A stretch of DNA of 64,000 bases from Podarcis erhardii (GCA_964252035.1 OZ176200.1); one strand, 5' to 3'. Positions 39,301-53,974 are shown, numbered from the stretch's first letter. Numbers and translations: made by a program. The notes: generated by a model from the sequence alone, not told the origin.

Positions 39301-42300
39301 AGACTAATCTAAATTTGATAAATCATTTGCTGGATATCCAAATTGAATGCACATGGTTAGATTGAAATAACCGTGCGCTACAGTAGATCAAAGTGGTACA
39401 TGACTAGATGAGAAACATGGTAATGAGGAAAGCCCAAACTGTGAAGCTGGGTTGGGAACCACTGTGAACAATATTCTGGGTCACACATGCAGGTCCAGAG
39501 GCAAAAATGGGCAGAGCAATGAATATGACTCTTACTGTTTTACAGTATGCTACATTCCAGCCATGCAAAAACCAGTTGTTTCTACACCCTCCTCAACAAC
39601 TTGTTTCATCCAGGCAAGCAAGGGGCATAATCACAGCTAAATGACACATTCAAGCTAGGTAAAAGCACATAGATATGGTGCAAAGCAGAACCAGGGAGAT
39701 GGTTGTATGGTCTAGTATATGATTATAGTAGGCTATAAAAAGATCTGAAAAAAGATCCTGTACAAGTCTTGCACAAATGGAAGAACTTCTCTGTATTTGG
39801 GGTGATTTGGTCATGCAGTCAGTGGTGGAGCTTCATGCTCTGGCACCGGGGGGTGGGGGAGCAGGCGGGGGTGTGGCGCCCAGTGCGGGGGGGGGGGCAG
39901 CCGCGATGGCGCCCCACTTGGATCACGCTGCCGAGGGCGGTGCACTCCCCCGCACCCTTCTTCCTCCACTAGTGCATGCAGTGATGTTCTGCTAGGGTGG
40001 AAACAGCTGTTCCATTTTTGGATGATTTGTTCCACTAATAGTGGAAGGGTACCTTTGGTCCAAGCCATTCCTATTTAAATATATTAAGGGAAATTTCTGT
40101 TTGGTTCCCTCCTCCGAACTAAGCTCACTTTGCCCCATTTATTTTTTATTTTTCTTGTTTAAATGACACAGTTATAGTTAGCCATTTAAGTGGGATCCAA
40201 TGTGATTTGCAAGTCTAGTTTACAGTACTTGGTGGCTGTGTAAAGTAACCTAAGGGGGTCTTAGTGGAAAAAAGATTCAGGCCTAAATGTTGTATAAAAA
40301 ATAAATAAATAAATAATTTTCTTTGCGTAGTAAAAGTGTAAACACTTCACAGCCAGCAATACACAGGGATATGATTTAGGGCTAACTAAACTTGGGCTTA
40401 GGTTGTACTTCTGTGCACATTTTCCAGAGAGTGAGTCCCCTGAACACAATGAGACTTATTTCCAAATAAGCATGCAAGAAACCATCCCAGTGTGTGGGAT
40501 GAAATGTGTTACAGGCCTTTGAGAGTGGATTGCCTTTTATGCGTTTGGCTTGTAATATGAGAAGTCTGTTTCATTTGCTTAGCTCTTTCATGTGAAGATA
40601 CAAAGGAGTACAGTACCTGTGTATCTACTTGTGGCAGATCCTGCCAAGCTTTCTCTGTGCCAGAGACGTGCAGTGATGATTGTGTTGAAGGCTGCACCTG
40701 TCCTCTTGGAATGTATCTGAACATCAAAACTGACAGATGTGTGCAACAGTAGGTATAATTTGTAGTGCTGACACCAACCACTTTGTAAAAGTATATTTTC
40801 AGATTTAAGGGACTAGCTGAGAAATTGGTTTAACTTTCAGACATGAAATGAACTGCAAAACTAAAGAGGCTGGGGGGGTGGGGAACATGCTGCATTTAGC
40901 CAGCAGTGGGAATACAGGGTTCGTTGATGCTTATATGAGATGGTTGTAAAATTGGGGTGGCCAAACTTTTCTGTCAGTTTTGCCTCAAAGTATGAGAAAG
41001 TGCACTGGAATGGCCCCTCCAAGACTGTCTGCTTTTGCTTCAAGTGAAGAAACAGGCAACAGTGCTGAGAAACATATGTATATATAGGAAACCACACACA
41101 ATTCTGTGATAGAGCTAAGCATTCCTGCACCCTCACCTGGGAATGGATGAGCAGATTAAGTCCATTTTTGTCTCATGCTCTGAAGAGCCTGTTGTGCCAT
41201 GTTTCCATGTGGATTTTTTTAGTGCTCAGAGTTTACTGGAGATTACCAAATTTGCATCATCCTGCAGTTCTATTATCTTGAGAATATGTGAGGTAATTTA
41301 TTGAGGTTTCTGATTGTCACAGCTCTATTCATTCTGTTTTCCTTGGAAAATATATTTTGTGACCAGCATGGATTACTGCTGAAGGGGAAACAGTACATAA
41401 ATGCTTGTCCATAGGCTCTGCCATTTGTTATTTATTATTGGCTGTGGGTAGTACAGTGATAGGAATGCATTCCAGTATACAGTGTTTGACAAGAATACTT
41501 GTGAATATGTTAATAACTATTTTTAAAGTGAATGCATCTTTATAACAGGGGGAATCTGTGTTGTTTCCATGGAAACAAATTTTCTATTTTTCCCCCCTTT
41601 ATAGAAATGAATGTCCCTGCTATTTTCAGGGTATTGACTATTCACCTGGAGAAAACATAATCACATCATTGGGAAAATGGTAAGCTATTCCCACAGTAAG
41701 GGCAGTTTCTAATGTTCTGTGGGATTTGCCAAGCATACCATCTGGCAGAATTTTATGCTGCTGTGTTTAGCAGACACTGGGTTTCCCCCATCCTTTCTGA
41801 CTTGGGAACACAGATCAGCCACAGGGAGAGAACAGGGAAGATGGCACTGTCCCTTTCCACTGCATTCTTTCTTTCTGCTCCTGCAGCTGACCTGTCTCAC
41901 AGTCTGTATGGGCCTTCACTAGCTATGCTTTTGGAGGGCTAAGAATGAATTTTTAAGACTGCTTCCCTTGTGGCCCCATCTTTTTTCACCTGCTCAATAC
42001 TGTATGTATTGAGGTCTGAAATATTAATTTGATTTGTGACTTGGGTCACATCCACACCATAGATTTAAAGCACCTTTAATAATCAATTCCGTGTGCTGCT
42101 CTGGTTCGCCAGAAGCGGCTTAGTCATGCTGGCCACATGACCCGGAAGCTGCACGCCGGCTCCCTCGGCCAGTAAAGCAAGATGAGCGCCGCAACCCCAG
42201 AGTCGGCCACGACTGGACCTAATGGTCAGGGGTCCCTTTACCTTTTAATACTCAATTTAAAACACATAGCCTCCCCCAAAGAATCCTGGGAAATCTGGTG

Positions 42301-45300
42301 CAAGAGTTTCTTAAAAGGGAAATCAGAGGGAAAATAGCATGTATGTACAGTACTGGCACCATTCTTTTCTTTGAAGAACTCTGACCAGATTTCTTAAGTT
42401 TATACAAGAAGATTCTGATGGTCCTGACTTCTTGCATTTTTGTTTCAGCCACTGCAGAGATGGAATGATGAACTGTGAGGAAAACAACATTGGTATGTAA
42501 CATAAAGATGTTATTTAATCCAGAATTCCCTTGTACAGTGGTGCCTCGCAAGACAAAATTAATTCGTTCCGCGAGTTTTTTCGTTTAGCAAATTCCATAA
42601 ATTAATGATGAAATGTGTGAGGAAGTAGTTTCAGTTGTCCATGACTCTCCTCCAGTCAGTTTCATCAGATTGCCTGGAGTTCTTAGTGTGATGAGAGAGG
42701 GACAAAAACTCTCTAAAGAATTAGATGTGTAGAACCAAAATGTATAAATACAAAATGGAGGAATCTGGCTAGACTTTAGCTTTAAAGAGGGTGCTTTGGG
42801 TTTTATGGTAAAGAGCAAACTAAATACAGTGGTGCCTCGCAAGACGAAATTAATTCGTTCCACGAGTTTTTTCGTTTAGCGATTTTTTCATCTTGCGGAG
42901 CCCGGATTCCCCAGGTGTTAACGGTTTTAAGAAAAAGGAAGCAAACTCGCAAGACGTTTTCGTCTTGCAAAGCAAGCCCATAGGGAAATTCGTCTTGCGA
43001 AGCAACTCGAAAAACAGAAAACCCTTTCGTCTAGCGAGTTTTTCATCTTGCGAGGCATTTGTCTTGCGGGGCACCACTGTATGATGTATGTGTGTCTTCT
43101 CTTGTTGTAGTTCATGACTGTCCAGATGACCAGATCTATGTAAACTGCAGTAATCCACAAACTATGGAGCTTGGCAGGGAGAGAACATGTGAAAACCAAC
43201 TGCTAAACCTCACTATATCGGCACATCTTCCTTGTTTTTCAGGATGCATGTGTCCTCAGGGGTAAGTAAAGACAAACACAAGTTCAATTTTATCCTACTA
43301 GTATAAAACCTATGGCCACTTCAGCACCTAGTGTACATTTGGTAGTATGGCCTTCTGCCTTTTGAGAAGTCAAAGACATTTGATGACTATGGCTAGCTCA
43401 AGTTATTTTGGCAGCAGAGGCAAGAGGATGCTTCATCCTCCTCCCATCTTGTCATATGCTGGACATCAAAAAAGCAAGCATCATGCAACGAAGCAGTGTT
43501 AAAAAGCCTCCGTTGATCAAACAACCTCCAGTCCATTCTTATTCCTGTGGAGGTGTGCAGCTTTGTTATCTTTTCCATGGGGCATTTGTACCCATTGTAG
43601 AACTCATTCAATATCTTCAGGAATGAATCTGGTGCCCTCTGGGTGTTTGGGACTACAACTCCCAACAGTTCCTCCCAAACAGGAATTGTTTTAACTATGG
43701 AAACAGTTGCACATCTTTATTAATAAGGCATCATGGTTTGGAGGTAAGGTAAGGTTTGGAGGGCAACAGTTTGGTTAAGGCTGGTATAGAAACATCCAGA
43801 CTGGGTATCTTTTCCACAGAGGGCCCGTTTTATTAAAAGCAGTATCTCTGTATGAAAAATTTGGGTGGGATTCACATAAGCAACCTTGTCAGCAGCAGTC
43901 CCGCTTGTGCAGTGGGGTTTCCCCTTCCCTCATGTGTGTCCGCCTCCAAAATTGGCATGCAGGGGGAGAAGAATGGGGGTTGTTCCATTTGGCAAGCTGA
44001 AATGCTTGTGCAGATGGAGCAACTGGAAGTGTGTGTTTGTGTGTGTCTTCCATCTGAGCTATGTATTACAGTGTCACTATACAGCTTTTGCCAGCAGGTC
44101 AAGATGCGCCTTTTTATCCAGGTATTGGGAGGGATAGGGTGAGATATTTACTGATGCCGCCACCTCTGCTGCTATTACTGTGAATGCATGCATTTCATCT
44201 TTTTATATAACCTGTCAGGGTCTTTGGGTGAAGAGCAGGTAACAAATCTAACAGATCAATCAAAATTTCCAGGGTGCCTTACTAAGTTCTTAAAACTGTC
44301 TGTCAGATGTCCTGAGAAATTACATTTCCAGGATCCTTGGTACTTGTATGACTGCCGTTCCAGATGCCAGCCATAGTGTAATGAAGATATTGTCAGTTAA
44401 AAGAAGGAATGAAAAGAGGCATTTGCAGTGATGGGAAGTGATGGCACTGGGGAAATCTCCAGTAGAGCTTGTGTTCAGCTCAAAAGAAGCTGAGTGCGCC
44501 TAGGTTCACAATTATGGACCTCCCTCCTCCAGTTCTGAACTTTGGCACTGTCCATGGTATTTTTGCAAGAATAATGTTGCAAGAATAATGAAAATAAGGT
44601 TCTCGGAATATTCTGCTTGCTTTTTTCTCGTCTCAAAAGAAAAAATATTTCTCATTGTAAAACAGGTGGCATACCAGATCAAATAACTTATAAGAAGCTT
44701 AAATGAATTCCTGAAAGGTTTGCTTTAAAAAAGAAAAGAAAAATCATCACTTTCTAATTTATACAAGAAAATAATGATTTTAATGGAGCCCAAGAATGTT
44801 TCTTATCAATAGCCAGAGAGAATTATGCTAGCCTAACCCCACTTAATTGGGAATAAGTCCTACTGAATTCAGTAGACCTTATTTCTAAATAGACATGATT
44901 AGGATTGTGCAGTTAATGAAGTTAACATAGACAGAATGTAATAACATAGACAGAATGTAATAACATAGACAGAATGTAATTTCTTTTAACCACCTTTTGT
45001 GACAGCAGTACTCTTCTGTTGTCCTTGGGGTAAAATGAACAGTCTGCATATCTGCAGTGTATTTTATAAATTCAAATGGACTGTTGTCTTGTCTTTTAAA
45101 AATGATGCAGGATTGAAGGAAGGGTATTTTACGTATTTAGTTCAAAAGCTTGACAATAACCTTCATTTTAAGTGTGCATCCTCCCAGTTGCTAAATCATT
45201 CTTTCTATAATAGCTTTTCCATAGAATTTCTTTGATACTTGCAGTGCAAGCCTATGCCTATTTGCATGGGAGTAAGCTTCATTGTGTAAGGCTTACTGAT

Positions 45301-48300
45301 AGGGAGGTGTGTAGAGGTTTATCGCTTAGCTGATCTTAGTAATAAACAGAATTTACTATAAATCTATCATGACTTGCCTTTAACAACATCCAGGCTTGCC
45401 TTCTCCTGAGCTGGCATAAGATTGATCTATGATCAACTAAAAATAATGTGAAAGTCTCATTTTACCAAGTTGTCAATATTAAGTTTCTACTTTAAAATTT
45501 TAATGAGGGTCAATGTGACTATCTCCTAAAGGGAAATGTGTGGAAGAATCATATACTCTTCCTCTGCCATTGCTTCTTCAGAATATCTAAAGTGGCCCTT
45601 GGTGATGAGTGTAGGTGAGATGTTTTTCTTCAGCGCTGTTCCTTTCAGTTTCTGTTCTGTGCATGCATTCATGTGTGTGGTTGGTAACTGCTGCTAATAG
45701 TAGGGGCTGATAAATGGCATATGATTGAGATGCCAGTGAAATTAAATCATGCCTAAGCTCAGTAATAGGATCTATAAAAAGGTCCATCATTTCAGTTGGT
45801 CTGTAGGCATCGTATTGAACCTTGACATATAATAGAAATAAAGTCATTTGTAGTAAGTGCCTAAAAGTCATGCTGTATTGGACCAAAGGCCCATCTTGTC
45901 CAGATGTCCATGGGAAGCAATAGCACATTCCATACTTGTGCTTTCAAGCAGTATGTATTCAGAGACATACCACCTCTGATACTGGAGGTAGCACACAGAA
46001 GTCATTGATATCCTCCATGAATTTCTCTAAAATCCTTTTAAAGTCATTGAAGCTGGTGGCCATTACTACATCTTACTGTAGTGAATTTAATAATCTAATT
46101 ATGCACTGTGTGAAGAGGTATCTCCTTGTCTAGCTACAATTTTCCAGCATGCAGCTTCAGTAGCTGGGCCAAGGTTCTAGCATTATTAAGAGAAAGAAAA
46201 AAGTTATGTCTGTGTGCTTTCTACACATTAAGCATATTCCTATATTATGTTCCGCCCCCACCCTGCTTGCTTACTTTTTGAACTAAAATGCCCCATATGT
46301 TGTAATTTTCCCTCATAAGGGAATTGTTCCAGCTCCGTGATCATTTTGGTTGCCCTTTTCTGAACCTTTTCCAGCTATACAATATTCATTTTGAGGTGTG
46401 GAGACCACCTGCCAAAATGTCAAAATGGCATTTTGTTTTGTTTTTTGAGTTCTTAGATCATTGTAATCAATCTGGCTGCTTGGCTTTCCAAGAGAGAAAG
46501 CTGTTAACACTTGTTTTATGCAGGGTAATATTACAGACATGAAACTTGCACTTTGGTCTCACCTTGTCAAAGTGATGCTCTTTGTCTCCAAATGTGGCCT
46601 ACTTAGTTGGTAGCTTAAACCAGTGGGAATTTTCAGCTTTGTAGTTCACTAGCCATCCAATAAAGTGACGCAGAACTTGAAATGGTACAGCAACTCCCAA
46701 CAGGCTTTAAATAAAATTATAGCTTTAAAGTTTAATATAAATGTTGTTTTTCAGAAAAAGTTACTGCTTTCCCGGTAAACATTTTCTAGATAACTTGTAA
46801 AATTAGAGAAAGCAAACACACTCAGGAAAGCTTTGGCTATTATTGCTCGACAGTTTACAAAAGAGTGATTCATCTTTTTATAAAAGTGCTCCTGTGAAAT
46901 CTTAGGTTGCATTTATGTCTAGACATTGACCAAAACAGTCATCATGCCAAAGACTTTGTAAAAAGATGTATTTGTTATCCTGGCACTACGGTAATTATCC
47001 AGTACCAATACTTGAAATGTTCGCTGGCTAACTTTTTTTCTAGTCTAGAGGACTTTTCTAGATGACTGTAGAAGATGCTAGATGGGGGGGGGGGAATTAT
47101 TACTGCAAATTTGTTAAATTCTTTTTTTATCGCAGAAAAGATTAGGTGACTGTGATGGTTAAACCAGCAACAAAATGCAGTGTTTAATAAATGTTTTGAA
47201 AAAGAGTAATTGAAACGATATCTCTTGGTGAGGGAGAGCACATTTTAAAACACTTTTAGCTGTTAATCATAATAGGTATTATTTCCCACCCTTCATCCTA
47301 AGGTTTCAGGGCAAGTAACAACATTAAAACACAGTATTAAAAATAGGTTAAAATGGCTTACAGTCAGAGAAATAAGACATGTTCTTAAACACCTCAAGTG
47401 TCAAAACTAGGGCAAAAGTAATAGCAATGCTTACATCATGGGTACCTGTCTGATCGTGACTGTGGCATCAGTGCTCTGTTTCACAAGTATATGCCCCCAC
47501 CGATGCTCAGTGGAATTATTCAGCGGCAACCAGGAATATATGCATGCAAACTGTTTCTTCAAATTTACATAAATGTAAAAATATAATTGACAATGAGTTT
47601 CTATTTGATGTTTTTTATAGCCTTGTTAAACATGGTGACGCATGTTTCAAGCCAGATGAATGCCCGTGTTCTTGGAAAGGCAAAGAGTACTTTCCTGGGG
47701 ATAAAGTAATTTCTTCCTGCCATACATGGTGAGTAGAAACTTTAAAAAAGAAAATCTCATGTTATAAATGCAACTATACTATTCTGGTTCTGAACTGCTG
47801 TTTTGTTTTTTTCCTATTTCAGTATTTAAATGCATATACTGGCATTTAAGTGATTTTTTAAAAAAATATCCATCTTAAAATAGTTTTTAATAACTAAATT
47901 ATGCATTAGGAAAATGATGGATAGCTATGGGTAAAAATTATAAATTAACCAGTGTAATAACTCTAGAGGACTGATTTGGAGTCTGGGAAAGGTGAAGCAC
48001 CTGTGAAAGATGATGCAGTGACAACTGACCTTCTGACAGCAGAGTCACTCCTACCTACCTGGAGGGAGGGGACAAGGCAAGGAGGCGGGAAGGAGAACAT
48101 TGCAAATGCACTGACAGAGCCAATCTAGCACTCCTTCTGGTTCATTTGCACTGCGCTGACATTCCTGTCTCCTTGCTCATACACTTCTCTCTCCCTGTTA
48201 GCAGCAGAGACTCAACTGCTGGGAGGTCAGGTAATCACACTATCGCACCACACTATTCCACCATTATTGTGAAGCATCTGCTTCTGCCAAACAACTTCCT

Positions 48301-51300
48301 TTCAAAGCTGCTTCACTTTTTTCTAAAAACGAAGTCATAGGGGACTATTGCATTAATTAGCCTGTAATGTATAGTTTTCCCTTAACATCCAAACACAATA
48401 TTAACTACCTTTCCTAGATTAGTTTCCACTTCCAAATATACATACATATTTTAAAGATGTATCTTAGTCTCCTTTCATAAATCACCTTATTTTCTCCTTG
48501 CCTTTTTCATATTTGGACGAAAACCCAAATAAACAAATCCTGTTACAGCATCATTTGCTTAACAGTGGTTTATACTCATACAACAGTTCTTAAGCAAGGT
48601 CCTTCACTATCCACCCATTTTTCTGAACCAGTGATATGCTGGTGTTTCCATACAACAAACAAATGTGTGACTTCTAAAATCTTGGAAATAATACCCCATC
48701 TTATGCCTCTTCTTCCCATTATCTAGACTGATAGCAGAAGTATTACAGAGTGTTGCAACCACAACACTGTATCTTAACAGTATCTTAACCCCTGTTGACC
48801 AGTTTGGCTAATTTGTTCCATCTGGTTACCACTGGGCCTGCACAACTCTATAGGGCCTAAAGTAATCTAGGCTGGTCCAGTCAGCACTAGTCAATGCCTT
48901 GTCTGGATGTCTTTGCCCAATCCAGCCTTGTGCTGACTGACTGCCTCTGCCTCTTGTCAGGTTCTCAGTATCTGCTCTAGAAGACATTTGTAGCCCTTTG
49001 GCCGACTGGTGAAGCGACTTACAAGCCATCTCTACTTGGCAGGAAGGTAAAGTGACCCCGTGTTACCTCCCTTGGTCCCCAAGGCCTGTACACTTTTAAC
49101 TTTCAATAATTGTTTGCACACACAAAAATTCGTTCCCTGTAGAGGATGTCATGAAGGGCTTGCTGTAATTCTGAAACAGCATAATGTATTCTTTGAGAAG
49201 TCTAAACCCAGTCATTAATAATATAACAGGGAAGAGGATAATTAGATCATTAGTATTTATTTTCTGATTTTGTCAAGAAGTGAATCTTCACCACAGTATA
49301 AACTTCCAATTACCCACCAATATGCTAGCAATATCCACGTTGCTTATAGAAGAAAGCTCAGTGGGCAGGATTCACCTAACAAGCTCTATCAGTGAAAGCC
49401 CAGCACAAGGGTCAAAGGGTCTTACCCGTCGTGCCCTCTTCTCCCAATTTGGCTTGAGGGGGTCAGGAGAACTCCCAAAACAACTCCCAAAACAGCGTGT
49501 AGGGGGATGGGGGATAATTTTGTCTGGCAAGCTTGCATGAATAGAATGCTTGTAATAGTGTGATATGTTTTCCCCAATATGTTTTACAAGATACTCAAGG
49601 TGAGTTTGGTAGAATGTAAATATTTATCAATTAATCAAATCTTTATTACGGTCATAGACCAGCATAAGTAGGGTTGGGTACAATCATTTAAAATCTGTAA
49701 AACGTTTTGGAGAGCTAAAATTATTAAAACAGAAGGTATATATAAAAGACTATAAGAAGCTAAAAGAAGGGTTAGGAGCATTAAATGGATGTGGAAGAGC
49801 ATAAAAGGTTAGTATATAAGAGGCTATGACTATCAATTTGCAAAGCACTCTGATATGAGTGTAATAAAATCTAGTTTGTGGTGCAGGTCATCAACCAATG
49901 AATTTTGAATGCTGCTATGCAGAACCTAGCAACATTGTATGTTGTAGCAAGGTTGGCATCTGAAAGCAGCAGAGAGGTATAGGATTGTCCTGTGTGCCCT
50001 GGGTACTTATGGAGTAGTGGGGAGATGAGGTTAATTCGGATGTGTCTATAATATGGGCACTGGAGAAGCACATGCTCTATTGTTTCTATTTGTCCAGAAT
50101 CATGGGGGCATTGTTTCTCCGAGTAATGAATCTTCCTATTGTAAATATGTATTATTGATTATTGTTCATATCTCAGGTTGATGCTGAAATGGATATTAGA
50201 CTAACATCACACTGAATAAGAATAGATTTTGTTATTAATGGATATCCAGTGAACGTATAACTGTATGTGTTAATGAAATTGGACTAATTGTATTTCATTT
50301 TTATAAATACATGTGTAGATTTAGAAAAAACAAACACCTTCACAATACCACTGTATATCTATTTTTCAATGTGGCATTTATTTTTGATATTTTGTATTAT
50401 TTGTATCAGACTAAGTCATGCTCAGAGCAGATCCAGTGACATTAATGGAGCCAAGTTAGCCATCACCATTATTTCCATGGATCTGTTATGTGATCCATTA
50501 TGTAACTGGATACAGTTCTATGATTTTTTGTAATATTTTCAGGTAGTTTCATTTATTTCCTACTTTTCATTTTGAGTTTTTACTTTACATGTGTTCAGTT
50601 TAGTGTTACAATATATTATAATTCAGATGATTATATAATGTCACATGGAATCTGCAAACATTTTTATTCTTCCCAAAGTGGGATGCTATGAGGTTTTTGT
50701 TGTCTGGCACTGCAGCATTCAGTTAGGTCCAGCAATCTGGGCCGAGAAGCAGAACTCATACACATTGCTTTATGCATGTGCATCTTATCCACTCACTGAA
50801 ATGTATGGATTGGTTGCATGTGCAACAACTTTGTGTCCGAACTGGATTTCTGGATCAGGAGGAGTGTCAATGCATTTTGCTTTCACAGAAGATTAACAGA
50901 CTTATTTGTGCATTGATAATTACGATTACTTTTGAAATTATATCTCTTGATTTTCTTTCCACCATCACCAGCATCTGCTATCATGGGTCATTTGAATGCA
51001 CTTTTCATCCTTGCCCATCAATGTGTACTACGTATGGAGACCGCCATTACAGAACTTTTGATGGACTTTCCTTTGATTACATTGGGAATTGTAAGGTTTA
51101 CCTGGTTAAGGTAAGACTTTGAGGATTTTTTTTTAAAGTTTTGCTTTTTTCTAAAAAACCAACATACTACTTATTTTAAATTTTAAGTTGAATAAAGCTT
51201 GCATTAAAAGGTAAGACTAGTGGCATTTTTTTACCTGCTGCACTACCTCACCAGCCATCTCTGTGTGAGTTCTATCTTCAGAGCCAGAGAGAGATATCAT

Positions 51301-53909
51301 TAAGGGGTGGGATCAGAGTGGCTGGAGAATTGGACACGTTAGACAGGTTTTCATCAAATGTGAACAAGTTGCAACCAGCTGCTTTTTCCCTCTTCTGCAG
51401 AGTTCCTCAATTACTAGTATATCGATCATCATAGAAAACGTGAATTGCTTCAACACTGGGATCATTTGCAGAAAGTATATTTTCATTAACATTGGAAAAT
51501 CATTCATAATATTTGACGATGACACTGGAGATCCGGTAAGCTCTAGCACTGAAGAAGAAAAGACACATAGGTATAACTTTACTGGGGACTGCTGCCCCTG
51601 CTTGCTCTGCTCACCAACCCTGCAAGCCTACAAATGTTTGCCACCCTCTTCTCCCACACCTGACTACTGCCTCAATTTGCCTTGTGCTTGAGCCAGCCCT
51701 GGTACACATATACATATTTCCCCCTTCAGTGCCTTTGTGTTTTGCACTGCACATACTTGCACCTGACATCACATGATGGATGTGCTGGTGTGTGTGTGTG
51801 TCAAGCAAGGTGATAAGCAGCATGCAGGGAAAATGCAAAGTGGACCCTGAACATTAGACATAGGTTCAAAGCAACCTCTAAGCATGCATAATTTAAACAA
51901 TGGTTTCAAGCCAAGAGACGTCACGTCTTTTGAAAAAACAGACCCATATATTAAATAATATTAACCTAGAGAGATGTTCAGAAGACACTGAAGTGCTTGT
52001 TCTTCTAAATGTAGTTTACACAAGCTTTTACTGTGTGATGAGCGCAGCAGCCCATAGTCACCTTTGACTGGACTTAATCACCCAGGAGTCCTTTATCTTA
52101 CCTTTTACAGTGATCCATGTATTAATAACCATGAGACTGGATTGATGCAACACACTCTATGTGGGGTTGTCCTTAAAGCTGCAGCTGGTACAGAATACAG
52201 CTGTGCAGCAGTTCGCTGAAGCAACCCACCATGAGCACATAAACCCTTAATAAATAACCTGTAACAAGCTGCTGGGGCATCCTACTTTGAGAAAGTGCCT
52301 TCTCCCATATAGATCTGCCCATGCACTGGGATGAGCAGATGAGGCCCTGTGATCACTTTGTGACTTCTTGGATGATGGCCTTTGCTGTGATAGCTTTACG
52401 GCATGCATGAACAACACTATGCTTTCATTCTATGTTTGTTAAACCTGACCACTAGTACTCAGTACACTTATTGCCTTCCTACTGGATATTATATTGCTGT
52501 GATATATATTAATGAAATGGTATAAAAATGCTTTAAATGAATAAGTAAATATGTGTGGGCTGGCTTTTCCTAACAGAGTCCATTGAGTTACCTAGACAAA
52601 CTGCAGCAAGTGCATATATGGAAAGCTGGTTTTTTCACACTTGTTCACTTTCCCAATGAACACATCACAGTAATGTGGGATCAAAGAACAACTGTTCATG
52701 TAGAGATAGGACCTCAGTGGCAGGTAAGAGCACATTGCCTCATCTAATTATGAGTATGATGTAGTTACAGTTAAGCAGTTTGAAACCCCATTCATTTTTC
52801 TTGGAGAGATTTAGCATTATACTTAACAGTCCAGTTGAAGTCAACGGGATTTCCAAGGGTTTGGCTTTGGCTAGAATGAGTCGTATATTTAACATATTAT
52901 TCATATATATATAACATATAATCTTAACATATTTAACATATTAAGAAGCTTAGATTTATTGTATAAATGAAATATTGTAGTAAATAATGAGCATTGCCAT
53001 ATCCAGGGTATCATAAATAGTCATAGTCATAAATATTGAGAGTTGTAGTCTAAGAATATTTGAAGCGCACTACTGGGCACTTGATTATATGCCTTTGGGA
53101 ACAGATATTTTTCTATAGGACTTTTGATTAGAAAACAAAATGCCACCAACTGGTCATAATAACTTTGCCTTCTTTGTAGGGTGTGCTGACAGGATTATGT
53201 GGAAATTTTGATTCAAAAACAATAAATGAAATGAGAACTCCAGAAAATTTTGAGTTAACAAATGCACAAGAATTTGGAAGTAGCTGGGCAGCTGTAGAGG
53301 TAAATAATTGGAGTGGTCACTCATTCTATTTCACTACTTAGTTCTTTATCATTTAAAATCAAGCACCAACTGCACTGTATGTTACTGGCTTTCATGTTCT
53401 GAATAGTAGTGCTAAACAACGGTTTAAAAACTATAATTTTAAAAGTATTACATTGTTTGTACTATTGTGTAACTTTGTTTTTATTCAAACCCCAGTGACA
53501 ATAGAGAGCACTTTCAGAAGCTTTATGATACCTAAGTTGGATTTTCCAACCCACAGCACACTCCTTTTGGCAAACATATAGCAGTAATATGCCACTCTCA
53601 GTACATGGGGCCAGGGAGGAATAAGGGGAGCAACATGACCAAAAAAGTAGGCTTTTAAAGAAGAAGTATATCAATGCCTCTTAAAGAGTGAGTGAGTAAG
53701 TGAGTGTGTGTGTTTGCATGAGTCCATATCCCAACTCCTGGTGACTGTTTAAATCAGAATGGGCAGCATACTGATAGTCATCTTACTTTAGGGACTGGTA
53801 AGAAAATACTCTATACATATTATAGACAGTTAGACATGGTGAATTATTCTGTGGTTATAGGTGTTTATGCATGGGGGACAGTTAGTGTGCTGTTCAGAAC
53901 AGCTGTGCT

Positions 53910-53974
<65 letters not shown>

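Noticed and set aside
44923-44979. CRISPR-like array
   Set aside because: No spacers, only three contiguous copies, vertebrate intron.
51401-53299. Apparent missing vWD3 exon between 51535 and 53180 (not shown in the ORF track)
   Set aside because: Found intact at 52577-52723, so no exon loss.
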